In this document: one piece after another, positions 15,907-28,862 of the stretch | Layout: every line of letters begins with the position of its first letter | How positions within the stretch are numbered: the first letter of the stretch is position 1 | From: the human T2T-CHM13v2.0 reference genome, Homo sapiens | Strand: one strand, 5' to 3' | Length of the DNA: 64,000 bases | NCBI RefSeq assembly: GCF_009914755.1 | Contig: NC_060931.1 | Made by a program: the position numbers and the translations under genes | The notes under the pieces: model-generated | The model's database searches: none | What the model was told of the DNA's origin: nothing | The model's input: only the letters and a program-made list of their open reading frames with translations

Positions 15907-16505
15907 GTTTTAAAAGTACAATTATTCATGCATCCCCTTTTCAGAAGGAGTCCACAGGTCATGGGTGCTTCTGAAATTAGATTACTCCCAGCAATAAGTA
16001 CTCCTCCTTGCTCCCTCCCCATGCCGGAGTAGGAAGAAGGGAGTAACATATCCCATACGAAAGTCACCAAACAGATGGAAATGGTGGCAACAGCACATGC
16101 CTTGCAGCAAGAGCAAAACATGGGCCAACTCTTCACCTGAGACAGTGACAGAGAGCTTGTGTTAGGACTGTCCTTAGGGGCCCCACTGCACCAGTTTGGA
16201 TGTCCTTTCTCAATGCAGCTGACAGCAAAGGTGGATCACAGAAGAAAGATCTGCAAGTATTCTAAGTGGGAGTTCTTGATCTCTCTGCACCCCTAGGAAG
16301 TATGATGATGCTACACTGAAGTGGAAATGGCCCCACGAGACCTTGAGTTATCTGAGAAGAGCCCACTGTGCAGAGGCCCTGCCCCATGACTTAATGTGCT
16401 TGGTTCACTTGGTTCAATGACAGGAAATAAACCTGATCTTCTTCAGTTTTTCAAGAGAGCTTTCCAAAGCTAACCTTTTCTTTCCTACATGTGCAGCTAC
16501 AACTT

Positions 16506-16817
<312 letters not shown>

Positions 16818-17119
16818 AGCAGCTACAACTTTAAGACAACTCTGCATATAAAATTAAACATGAAGACAGTGCATGCCATTCTCTCTGTCATTTGACCAAA
16901 AGCATCCAAGAAAGACAGCACAGAGGCAACCCTGAACATGTACAGGCAGGGTGCTGGCAATCCTCTCTTCACCTGTGACGAATGGGCCACCTGAAAAGGA
17001 TGCCCACCTGCCAATCAGTGAAGTGTGCAACCAAACTCCCTGACAGTTTTTGCTTGACCCATCAGCAGCTTCATAGGCCACCCACTTTCGCTTCTCTTCC
17101 CTTTTAAAATTCCCCTTTA

Positions 17120-17407
<288 letters not shown>

Positions 17408-18193
17408 TAAATTCCCCTTAATATTTTTAGGAGTGAGGAAAGAAAAGTTAGAGATAAAAAGAAAAGAATGCTCAAGAGGCTCGAATGCTCCCTACCATTA
17501 AAACAGAAATCTCAACAGTACCTCTGAACATACAGCTCCAGAAATGGCTACTGTTTAAAAAATTGAAAAATGATTCTAAAAGATTCTATTTACCTGAGAA
17601 CCACATGTCAAGAGTCAGATCAAACTTCCCCATACAGCTTTGCATAACTCCCCACCAATGCTGGTTCACTTTAACTCCCTTTACTACCCTGCCCTCCTCA
17701 CGTTATTACTGTCACATATTTTAATAATGGGACAGTACTTTCAACCCCCAAATACATTATTATTGTTTTTACAGCCAACATTCATAGACTTTCCATTTCC
17801 AGTGCATTCTTTCCTATATTTCCATGTTAAAGCAGAAAGCAAAAATTGCTTGCCCTACTTAAAATACTTTCATGACAGAGTAAGGAAAAATAACTGGGAA
17901 TGAGAGTTGGGAGACTCAGGTCCTGGGAAAAAGCCCATCTGCCATGAACATCAGGCAAATCCCATTTAATAGGGGGGCCAGTTGCACATCCAACAATGCT
18001 TCTAGTTCCTACCGGGTCCTGATGAAAGCTTTAGAGCCCTCTAAGGAGACCCCAAGAACCCCTGTCTTGGCCTTTAAACTTTAAACAACTTCAAACGTTT
18101 CAGGCTTATAAGCAGGGTTGCAACGTAACAGAATGTCCCAGCAGCTGGTCAGCCAGAGTTCAGGGGACTGGCTGAGAGCCAATGGCTGTGTGT

Positions 18194-18212
18194 TTGCGCC
18201 ATCTGGTGGCTA
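18194..18212 (-). promoter_or_regulatory. CTCF motif
   Basis: Minus strand TAGCCACCAGATGGCGCAA, exact match to core CCASYAGRKGGCRS. Confidence 0.7.
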
Positions 18213-19153
18213 TTTCTGCTCTGGTTCACTAAGGAATTTCCTGGCTTGTTGGGGCCAGGGATGCCTCAGAAGTTATTAGAACTGAGGTCTGCAGCATTTC
18301 AGATAGGAAAAGAGAGAGTCCGGTCTGATCAAAGTGTCAAGGAGGCTGACAGTGTAAGATCTGGTCCCTGAGGAACAGGCACATCTCTGTGAGTTCATGC
18401 AGCCTGAACCATCCCAGGTAATCCCTTTACCCATGTCCCCCAAGGATCCTTCAGGTGAAAGGGGCTGACTGGGTCTGGTGGACTGGCTAGGACTGGCAGA
18501 GCTTCCCTGCAGAGCACCCCGGGACCTCCTGCATTCTATATAGCTATAACTGTATAAGATTTCAGTAAATGTGTGTTTTTAAATATACTGTTATTTTACT
18601 TTTAGGTTTATGGGTTAAATCTAAAATGTATTTGAAAGCAAAGTACTTGTTTCAGAATACTATCCCAGTTATTAATAAGGGATATAGGGAAAAGTGATTC
18701 GATTGACAAAAACCTGCATTATCTTGTGCTTTCCAGAGATGCTCTGTTGCAAAAAGAGAATACCACAAAAATTAAGTGAATGTCAAAATTTAATTTCTCC
18801 AATTCCCATAAATGTATTCTAGATTCTTACTAATGCTGTCCTTGTACTCCAAGAGACTGCACCACATTCTTAGTGATGAAAGCCTATGATAAAATCACAC
18901 TGGGATCGGTGCTGAAATATAAGGCAAGTCCACCATAGACTGGCTTCTCTTCACCTAGAATGATTTTTCTGAGAATTCACCAGGTTTTGGGGATGCGGTA
19001 TTTTGGTATAGCAGCCATTTCAAGGCAGTTTCTGGCTTTAAAATAAATGAATTGAAACACAGTAAGTTATAATACTTCCCCTGTGAATTCCAACATGGTA
19101 CTACTGAGCAGTACTGAATGATCTGTAGAAATTATTTAGCTTTTCCTTCTTAC

Positions 19154-20610
19154 TGTAATTTATACTTCCCTCAGGTGGCCATTTTTCCCCATCAGAGAGA
19201 GAATATGGGGCCAGGCCATAGTGCAGGAAAAAAATGAGCCACCTCTTTTTCAGGGTTTGTGGGTCAAATTGGTCCCAATGGCTTAGGATGTATTTCAAGG
19301 GTGAGCCTGTTGATGTCTCAGTGTTTTCCATCTGAAAGACAAAACCGCCCATGGTTTTGGTTTGTTTCTCCCCCTCCCCAAGAACCCACAACTGTCCCTG
19401 GACCCTGCTGATCGGAATAGTTGTGCTCACTAATGCAGTAGCAGAAACAACCCCTCCCCAAGAACCCACAACGGTCCCTGGACCCTGCTGATCAGAATAG
19501 TTGCACTCACTGATGCAGCAGCAGAAACACTAGTTTTCCTCCCAGACCACAAGGAGGACCAAGAAGGTCAGATTTAGTGGCCTTTATTGACACATTCTCG
19601 AAAACCTGGACCCTTGCCTGTCCTCCTAGACCACAAAGAGGACTGAGCAAAATTGTATTTAATGGCCCTTACTGACACATTCTCGAAAACCTGTTAGAGT
19701 CTTAAGCATTCTCCCGTTAGTATTGGGACCTTACCCATGTCCTATAAAGATGTTATGCCCGAAAAATGAAGTGGAGGGTCGTACCCTGAGGGAGGGAAGG
19801 GATCTCCAGAGTTGGAAGAGTGATGTCTTTTGTCCTCACTTATATGAATAGGAAGGATACAATTTCTGAGGCTCACCATATCCTAGCTTCAGGAATAGCT
19901 TTTGTTAGGCCTGATTGTCTGAGGAGGGATCCTAAAATTCCAGATAGTCCCCCTACAATGGGGCTTTGGGCAAAAATTACATCTTTCTGATTGGTGAGCC
20001 CGGGCACCTAAAGAAGGTAACAGAGTCCTGGAGTTTATACTAGAAATAATTCTTATAGGAGAAACTAGAAAAGCACCAGAGACAGGGAGTGGTTTTTTAG
20101 AAGTGGGACTAGCCTCAGAGAAGAGAGGCGAGAGGAAGTTTGTCTGGCAGGCATTAGGACCCAGGCGGCAAGGGTCAGAATAGATAGGATAGATGGGCGA
20201 GTCTGCTTGGACGACATGCCTTTGAGAGTTCTGCTCATGGCTGCAGGGTCAACCAACTTGTTGTTGGGATCCCAGAGCTGAATGGCTTTCCTCTCTGTCG
20301 ACCCTCGGCTCAGCCCAGAAGTACAGGAAAAGCAGAAGCTGGTTCCAGGCAAACCAACGCTCCCAACTCCGAAGAGTCAGGGATTGTTAGAGAGCCCTTT
20401 CCCAGAAAGCCTGACACGTGTGTCTTTAGTCTGGCAGCCACGCTAGTCGCTTTTAACTGGCCAACAGGTGCCCAGTATTTAGCCCCCGAATTCTAAGGAA
20501 AAATAGGACAGAATAGCAAGCAAAAGGGGTCCGACGGTACTCACCATTTGGCAATAGGCATTAGTCTCACCGCCTGGCGATGGGCGATGGTCCCATCTGG
20601 GTGGCCAAAA
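19154..20610 (-). mobile_element. HERV9 internal region: PBS, leader and first 59 codons of gag
   Basis: Gag-like MENTETSTGSPLKYILSHWDQFDPQTLKKR...GEKWPPEGSINY from ATG at 19331; ~80-bp leader duplications at 19373-19527 and 19536-19693. Confidence 0.88.
20590..20607 (-). other. Retroviral primer-binding site, tRNA-Arg type
   Basis: TGGCCACCCAGATGGGAC 3 nt after the LTR end; one mismatch to the complement of a tRNA-Arg(CCG) 3' end as I recall it. Confidence 0.8.
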
Positions 20611-21528
20611 TGTGTCTGGAATTGGTGGGTTCTTGGTCTTGCTGACTTCAAGAATGAAGCCATGGACCCTCACAGTGAGTGTTACAGTTCTTAAAGATGG
20701 TGTGTCCAGAGTTTGTTCCTTCTGATGTTCGGACATGTCCAGAGTTTCTTCCTTCTGGTGGGTTCGTGGTCTCGCTGACTTCAAGAGTGAAGCTGCAGAC
20801 CTTCGCGGTGAGTGTTACAGTTCATAAAGGCGGCATGTCTGGAGTTGTTCATTCCTCCTGGTGGGTTCCTGGTCTCGGTGACTTCAGGAATGAAGCTGCA
20901 GACCTTCGCGGTGAGTGTTACACCTCATAAAGGCGGCACAGACCCAAAGAGTGAGCAGCAGCAAGATTTATTGCAAAGAGCAAAAGAACAAAGCTTCCAC
21001 AGCATGGAAGGCGACCCAAAGGGGTTGCCGCTGCTGGCACAGGTGGCCTGCTTTTTTTTCCCTTATTTGGCCCCGCCCATATCCTGCCGATTGGTCCATT
21101 TTAAAGAGAGCGCATTGGTCCATTTTACAGAGTGCTGATTGGTCTGTTCTGACAGCATGCTGACTGGTGCATTTACAAACCTTTAGCTAGACACAGAGCA
21201 CTGATTGGTGCATTTACAATCCTTTAGCTAGAAAGAAAAGTTCTCCAAGTCCCCCACCCGATTAGCTAGACACAGAGTGCTGACTGGTGTGTTTACAAAC
21301 CTTTAGCTAGACACAGAGTGCTGATTGGTGCGTTTACAATCCTATAGCTAGGCAGAAAAGTTCTCCAAGTCCCCTACCTGATTAGCTAGACACAGACAGC
21401 TGATTGGTGCATTTACAAACCTTTAGCTAGACACAGAGTACTGATTGGTGCGTTTACAATCCTTTAGCTAGACACACAATTCTCCAAGTCCCCACCCAAC
21501 CCAGAAGCCCAGCCGGCTTCACCTCTCA
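20611..21528 (-). mobile_element. LTR12 (ERV9 5' LTR), sense to ELMO1
   Basis: TGAGAGGTGAAGCC...CCAGACACA termini; U3 ~41-bp repeats with 7 intact CCAAT; GC box 21071-21078; AATAAA at 20967-20972; repeated U5 units. Confidence 0.93.
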
Positions 21529-21640
21529 TTACCATTTAAGAGCAGACTTTCTCTTCCCCACTTATCACAGACGGGACCCTCTGGGATTCTCCTCTCCGTA
21601 GTTTACTGCTGCCCAAAAGCTCCCTGGGGACTTCCAAGTA

Positions 21641-22309
21641 TAGTAGACTCTTCTTATTTGCAGTAGTTATGTCCTAGAAAGTTGCTGCAAATAAGTTAAC
21701 AACTACTGAACCATTGCTCCTAGGAACAATATTAAATTGTTTCTGCGAGCCTCTGACCATAACGCTTTTGCCAACCAGTGAATATATAACCTTCTTTTAT
21801 GTGTGTTTCTGTTTAAAGACACCCTATTTAGTATATGTTGTTGATTTGTTAACAATGAATGCTCAGCCAACAGTGCTGTAACTACTGCCACAACAAAGCT
21901 TAACAAACCCATATATTTTGGTATTTTTTCTGCGTGGCATGTCACAGCCTTCTTACACTTCGGAACATAAAAACAGCACTTCAGCACTACATTTAAGGGC
22001 CATTTGAAACTGAAATTACCATCAGAAAGCAGGAAGCACAAAAATGAGAAAAACGTGGCCTAGACAGACTGGGAAAGGGACACCTGTTTGAAGCATGAGA
22101 GCTGAAACAGGAAGGCAGGGTGGTGGCTTGGTGTCTTGTTCGACTTCAGCTGGAACATCTGAGTTGGGCAACTCAGATTTTTTGCCACTGTGCATTTTCC
22201 AAGAATGATCTAAAAAAGCATGTTGAATATTGATTTGGGCATTACAAATAAATTTTAGCAAAAAGGCAAATTTGCAAATACGGAATCCATGAATAATGAG
22301 GACTGACTG
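21641..22309 (+). mobile_element. MER82-like Tigger DNA transposon (non-autonomous)
   Basis: Degenerate terminal inverted repeats (tagtagactcttcttatt / aataatgaggactgactg), TA flanks, ~670 bp. Confidence 0.82.
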
Positions 22310-22594
22310 TATATTGCAAAGCCCTTTGAATTTAAAATTCTTCTATAACCTTTCCCTCACTCCAAAAGGCAACTCTACTTCCCTCTCTGCAACATAAACA
22401 TTGGCCATGATAAATGACCTGCAGTTTCCCAAGCACCCAGTGTTCTTTCACCTTTAACTGTTACTTTCACCACGGATTTTCACACTACCCTCCTAGGGAC
22501 AACCTACAACTCTCACGTTCTGCTATCACCATCTCTCACGGTGTCACAGAGCACTGGACGCCATTCCAATAATATTAATATCAATCATAAGATC

Positions 22595-22840
22595 GTAATA
22601 ATAGCATCTAGATTCACAGACTATGTAGCAAGCACTGCTCTGAACAACTTCCAAGTATCTACTAATTTAATCTACACAACACACATATTGATAGAGAAAA
22701 TTATTATCCCTCATTTTAAAGAATAAAAAACAGAAACATGAAAATGTCAAGTACCTTGCCCAAGTCACTCAGCCTGTGATTGGTAGAGTCAGAAATCGAT
22801 GTCAGCAACCCAAATCTACAGCCCAAGCTTAATCACAATG
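22595..22840 (-). mobile_element. MIR
   Basis: attattatccctcatttt...cttgcccaagtcactcagc. Confidence 0.65.
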
Positions 22841-23700
22841 TTACTCTCACAATGACTGTTGAAGCCTAGTAGCATTTAGACAAAGACGCTTCCTTCCGTA
22901 GTATTAGGATGGGGACAGAGATAGAGAAGGAAAAATATAAATATGCAGTTCATTTCATTCCCTGCCATCTCTATTTGCTGAAAAAATATTATTAAGATGA
23001 CACCAACCCCTGCATATGTAATTTTGTGTAATTATACTTGTGTAACTACAGATAATTATCTTCCATCACCCAAGAAGGCAGAAAATCCTCTTAAAAATTT
23101 GAACATGAATCTTAATTCTGAAATGTTTTCACCATTACCCATAACCTCTTCCACCTTCACATTTTAGTCATTTTTCCCTCCAGGATGATCCTGAAATATG
23201 ATGAAATTTTTTTGTAAAATATTTCATGTTAAAACACATTATATTGTTGAGAAACAATTTCTTTTTTTAAAAAAAAAAAGCTTATTTTCTCTGCAGTCAA
23301 GATAAAGGAAAGGAAAACAAAGCAGCTAGAAAAAAAAAAGCCTTGTCTGATTTTAATATCTGCTTTGATTCAGAAGGGATCAGAAAGATGAACTACAGAC
23401 ATCTCCTTTTTCATGCTTGTCCGGTAGACTGAACAAGGAAAAATTCACAAATAGAGAGACTACAAATTGGAAATAAACCAGAGACAAATTCTGAAAGGGC
23501 TCTAGCCAGGAACACAACACTTTGCAGAGTGTGAAAGCCATGGTGCACAGGTCTTGGCGGCTACAATCAAGAGGGACAACTTTGTATACAGCATTTCCCC
23601 TGTTCTCAAAATAAAGTCATCCTAGAGGTGAGAGTCTGCCTTCCATTACTCTCAGGAATCCATATGCCCTTCCTTAGAAGCTCCACTAAAAATAGCATTA

Positions 23701-23994
<294 letters not shown>

Positions 23995-24005
23995 GAATAG
24001 CATTA

Positions 24006-24302
<297 letters not shown>

Positions 24303-26499
24303 CGAGATCTCAGAAGATGAAGCAGCTTTTCTGTGTTATGACTAAACTTACAAGCCACTCAGCCACCTAGATTGTGACTTTAGAATTATTTTATCAGAAA
24401 AATTTGCTCCATTGGGATGTTGTGCTGAGAAGGAATGTGATGCCCATCTGCCTCCTCAAAGGTGTTGTGGTTTATTACCTTTTAATAAACTGTTCTTCTT
24501 GCCTTGTTGGCGCAATGGCCACTTTTACCTTGGAAAACTTAAAAGGCTGCAGATGATTTCTATGATGTGTTCTCTCCAAAAGGAAGAAAGGGAAGTAGCA
24601 CTGGCTGAGTGCACCTTGGTTCCAGCTGCTGTGCTAGTCGCTGGTAGACGGTCCTGTGGGGCCCTCCCATAATCTCAAAACAGAAAAGATGCTGCCCAGT
24701 TTCACAGCTGAGAAAACCCATGCCCAAACAGGTTAAATGACTGAACCACTGGCCCATGGCTCAAAAGGAGGAAAGCTAAAATTAAATCTAGGCCCAGTGA
24801 ACTCCAAAGCCTTGTCATGTAATGCTTGCTGGGCATTGCCTACTTGGGAGCAGAAACATGAGAAATAGCAGTCTTAATCTTATGAACTGAACTTTTCTTC
24901 AAAGTGATCCAAAAGATGATCCAAACCTCAAATTAATCCTTAAAGTTCAGTAAGGAGTTTAACAGGCAAGATGATTCCTCTTTGGGAAGTACAGAGAGAA
25001 TTCTGCACGAGACTGCTTACAGCATCTAGAGATTTTGCAGCCAGACCCTGATATCATCAGCCAGCTTTCAGCGTTTTTGCAAGACCGTCTCTAGGCGGTG
25101 CAATGACCATGCGGTTCTGTTTACTGAGGCCTGTCTATTTCTGGCTGGCTGGGTATTCAAAAGTGAAAATATCTGCTTGTCAAAAGTTACTGGATCATTT
25201 CCAGCACTCAAAATCATTACTAAATAGTCGTTCCAACTTCTCAACTCTCTGATGCAAGACTGGCCTGGGAGAAGTTGCAGGGGAATAACTAAAATCAAAA
25301 ACTAAAAAAGAACCATGGAAAAATAAAGAAAACCAACACTCTCTTATGATTATTCTCTGTTCAGAGTCTTTGCTTTTTCTAGGATGACTTTTCAAGTCCT
25401 CATAAGCGCTAAAGGCCTTAAAACCACCTCCAATTAACTTTCAGTTAAAAAAAAAAAAACTATTATTCTGTACTCATGAAGCAGAACACTCCCCAGACAG
25501 GGAAAACTAAGACAGAGATACACCAAGACTAAACTGTACAAGGAATTAACAAGAATGTTAAGACAGATGGAGCTACATTGAGAAAATGTACTCTGATTTT
25601 GGAATACCCTGGTCATCTCACATAAGAACAGGGTCTGAAAATAAAAAGGAGATGCTTCATAGCACACACTCCCATTACAGATAGCTCTCACAGGGACCCA
25701 GATTCTATAGTAATCCTATCTCCTCCATGTGGTTGGCCCCCAACCTCTCTCTCTCCACAGTCCCTCCATACTGTGCATTCTGGGATCCAACTGCCCCCGA
25801 GGAAAATCACTACTGGGACAGAGACACATGCATCCCGGAGGCAGCACATGGAAAGAATTCAGGTTTTGGATTTTCTACATAGCTCAGAAGAAATCCAGGC
25901 ACTGGCAGGAGGAGGACGATAAAATTGCAGTCACAGGAGCACCCTAGAACCAGGCTCTCCCTCAGAAGAGGAATCAATTAAGAGTATTTTCCAAATGTAC
26001 ATGCCCTGATTCTTCCTTGGTAATTTTGATATGACTTGAGGGTAAGAGAGATTGGGTGATTTCGCAAAGCCTCCCAAGTGACCTCGATATGTCTTGCTTA
26101 CCACATAAAAGTAAAACTTGGAATTGAGGGTGAGGTAGAAAGTGAGTCCCATCCGCCTTCCCTGGACCATCGCTCTGGCAGAGGGGCTCTGCCAGCAAGG
26201 TCACTGCCACCCTGGAGCTTTGGTCATCGACACACAAGTACAGGAAACTCACCCGCTCCACCAGTCATGACATTTTTTGCTAAAATTTTAAAAAATTGAT
26301 TCAACTAAAAGATAAAATGGAATGCCAAGGTCGAAACATAAAATATAATGATACAAAAATAATTTCAGAATACCTCTGTAAAGCAAGCTGCAAAGCTGAA
26401 TATGCAGTAAGTATTCTTATTTAAAACGTCATATTAAAACTAACACTATAAAAACAATAACTGGACAGAGTGTTAGTTTTTTAGGTTTTTAGGTTTTTT

Positions 26500-27130
26500 T
26501 AGTTTAAGAAACACTACTGGAGAGAGTTAAAAAAAAAATGAACACTGCTGGTTAAAATGGACATGACTTTCTGTGTGTGGAAAGCAATTAGACAGTATCA
26601 AAAGCCTTGAAAACATATCTCATACAAAGTACAGTTCCACAAATTTATCCTAATAATGTGATCATGGGTGTGCATACATTCTGGGCTGTAAGATATTAAT
26701 TATAGACTTATGGTAATTTCAAAGCATTGAATCATTTAGTAAAAGGGCTTGGTTAAATAAATTGTATTACATCTAAATAATGAAAAACAAATCAGTAATG
26801 AAACACAGTAATATGAAAACATTTTCAAAGAATATTCCCATGAAAGACAAGCCTTCTCAAATAACACATAAAGCATGATACCATTTGTCAAACTATGTAT
26901 AAATATTATTATTAGTATATATACAGATATATACATTGTGTGTATATATATATATTTGGGTGTGTCTGTATATATGTATATGCATGAATATGTATATATA
27001 TAAAATATATACACCTTATATATATACACACACAGACACACACATACAGATATATAGCTTATATATTTTTTTCCAAGGAAAGAGTATTTGGAACTATAAA
27101 ATAATGCCTGGTGATTTCTAATCACCGAAG
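26500..27130 (+). mobile_element. Very old L1ME-like 3' fragment with embedded TA-rich tract (26915-27066)
   Basis: gaaagcaattagacagtatc, ggttaaataaattgtattacatc resemble L1 3' sequence. Confidence 0.5.
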
Positions 27131-27822
27131 CCAAAATCTCAGTAATGCCATTTATGATGGGGATTAAAATTGAAATCCAATTTTACAACTGCAGAATTTG
27201 ATATTAGCCGAAGGTCACTCAGAGACTTCATGGGGAGAAAATCGAGAATATAGTGCAAACAGAAATAAAAACAATGGATTATATTCAGGACAAGCTGTGT
27301 TCTGATTTGCAAACTAAAAAAAAAATCTAGGAGACAACCTATTAGCATTCATAGCAAGAGAGACCTTTTAAGAAAACATAAATTGTGTTAATGTCATCAG
27401 GATTAAATTTCAGGAGACTTTCAATTTGACTTTGATATAAAATTGATGTATGTAAGTAATCAACTCAATAACCCAATAATAAGATCCATCACTCATTTAA
27501 GGCAAACACAAATCTTAAGCATCTTGTGAAATAGATTTAATGAAGTCGAGATACATTCTGGGCTAACTACTCTCGGTTACACTTAATCAGAACTGAATAA
27601 ACAAATGCAGTATTAGTCACACTTGTGCAAGTTATTCCATTTCACTGAAGCCAGAAGAGATTTTCATGTGATCCTGTTTAAACCAGCTAAACATCTGGAA
27701 ATGTGGAAACTATTCCGTAAAGCGCAAGAGGACCACACGCTCGGAAGAGACATCAGTTATGTGGCTGAGGTCAGGCCCGGGGAGGCTGGAGGGAGAGCGC
27801 ATACTGGAGATAGCTTACTTAC

Positions 27823-27954
27823 AATGAACCCAAGCTTCTTATAATCTCGCGTGTACATGGACTTGCGTTTCTCCATGCTGCCACTGCTGTTGTTAGGTTC
27901 AGACTCAGCATCAAAAGCAATTCTTCGAAGTTCAAATATGATGTCCCTCTGAGC
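27823..27954 (-). CDS. ELMO1: ELMO1 132-nt coding exon, [44 protein letters not shown], phase 0/0, start of ELMO domain
   Basis: ttccttcag|GCT CAG AGG ... TTC ATT|gtaagt; I did not find the next exon in the remaining 27.8 kb. Confidence 0.97.
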
Positions 27955-28399
27955 CTGAAGGAATCAGGGAGTAAAAAGAAAAGGGAGGGGAAAAAGCTGC
28001 TTTCATTGTGTGACATTACATATACTCCCTCTTTCCCTGGGGTCTAAATGAATCACTGCATTCAGGCAAAAGAAAAACAGATAAAAGAGAACCAATGTTC
28101 TAAGTTAGGGCTTTGCAGACCACTCTTCCCCCGTCAGTCTCCCTGCTGGTCAGGCCTGGCTGTATTCCACAGTGGTCCTCTTAGCCAAGTAGTTATCTGG
28201 AGCACGAATATTGATAGTCCAGTGCAGTCTTAACTGAGAGGCCCAGATATGATGGAAGGGTCGTGATTGGAGAAAGCTAAGCTAGAGAAACTGGGGATAC
28301 TGTACAGTTGGGAACAAAGTAAGAAGCACCCAAAGTGCCTCACCCCACTAAGTTACTTCATGGAAACCAACACAGGACAAAAAAGAAAGAAAGGGTCAA

Positions 28400-28862
28400 A
28401 GGTGCAAACAACCCAAGTGTCCATCCAAGGGTAAATGGATGAACAAAATGTGGTGTGGACATACAATGGGATACTATCCAGGCTTTGAAAGAGGGCAATC
28501 CCAGTAGATGCTACAATCTGGATGAGCTTTGAAGATATTATGCTGAGTGAAATAAACCAGACACAGAAATATGCATATTGTCCAATTTCAATTATATGAG
28601 GTCCCTGGAGTAGTCAAATTCATAGACAGAAACTAGAATGGTGGTTACCAGGGACTAAGAGGACAGGGGAATGGGGAGTTAGTGTTTAATGGGTACAGAG
28701 TTTCAGTTCTGCAAGATAAAAAGAGTTCTGGAGATAGATGGTGGTGACAGTTTCCTAACAATGTGAATGTACTTAATGCCACTAGACTGTACACTTAAGA
28801 ATGGTTAAAATAGTAAACTTTCTGTTATACATATCCCACCACAATAAAATACATAAATAAAT
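28400..28862 (+). mobile_element. L1MB-type 3' end
   Basis: aacaacccaagtgtccatc...gaacaaaatgtgg...acaataaaa. Confidence 0.85.

Noticed and set aside
19373-19693. Two ~80-bp direct duplications
   Set aside because: They lie in the HERV9 leader, where such repeats are typical as far as I know.
20590-20607. tRNA 3'-end-like sequence on plus strand
   Set aside because: It is the 18-nt primer-binding site, not a tRNA gene.
21130-21500. Regular ~41-bp repeats, superficially CRISPR-like
   Set aside because: Normal LTR12 U3 tandem repeats without unique spacers in a eukaryotic locus.
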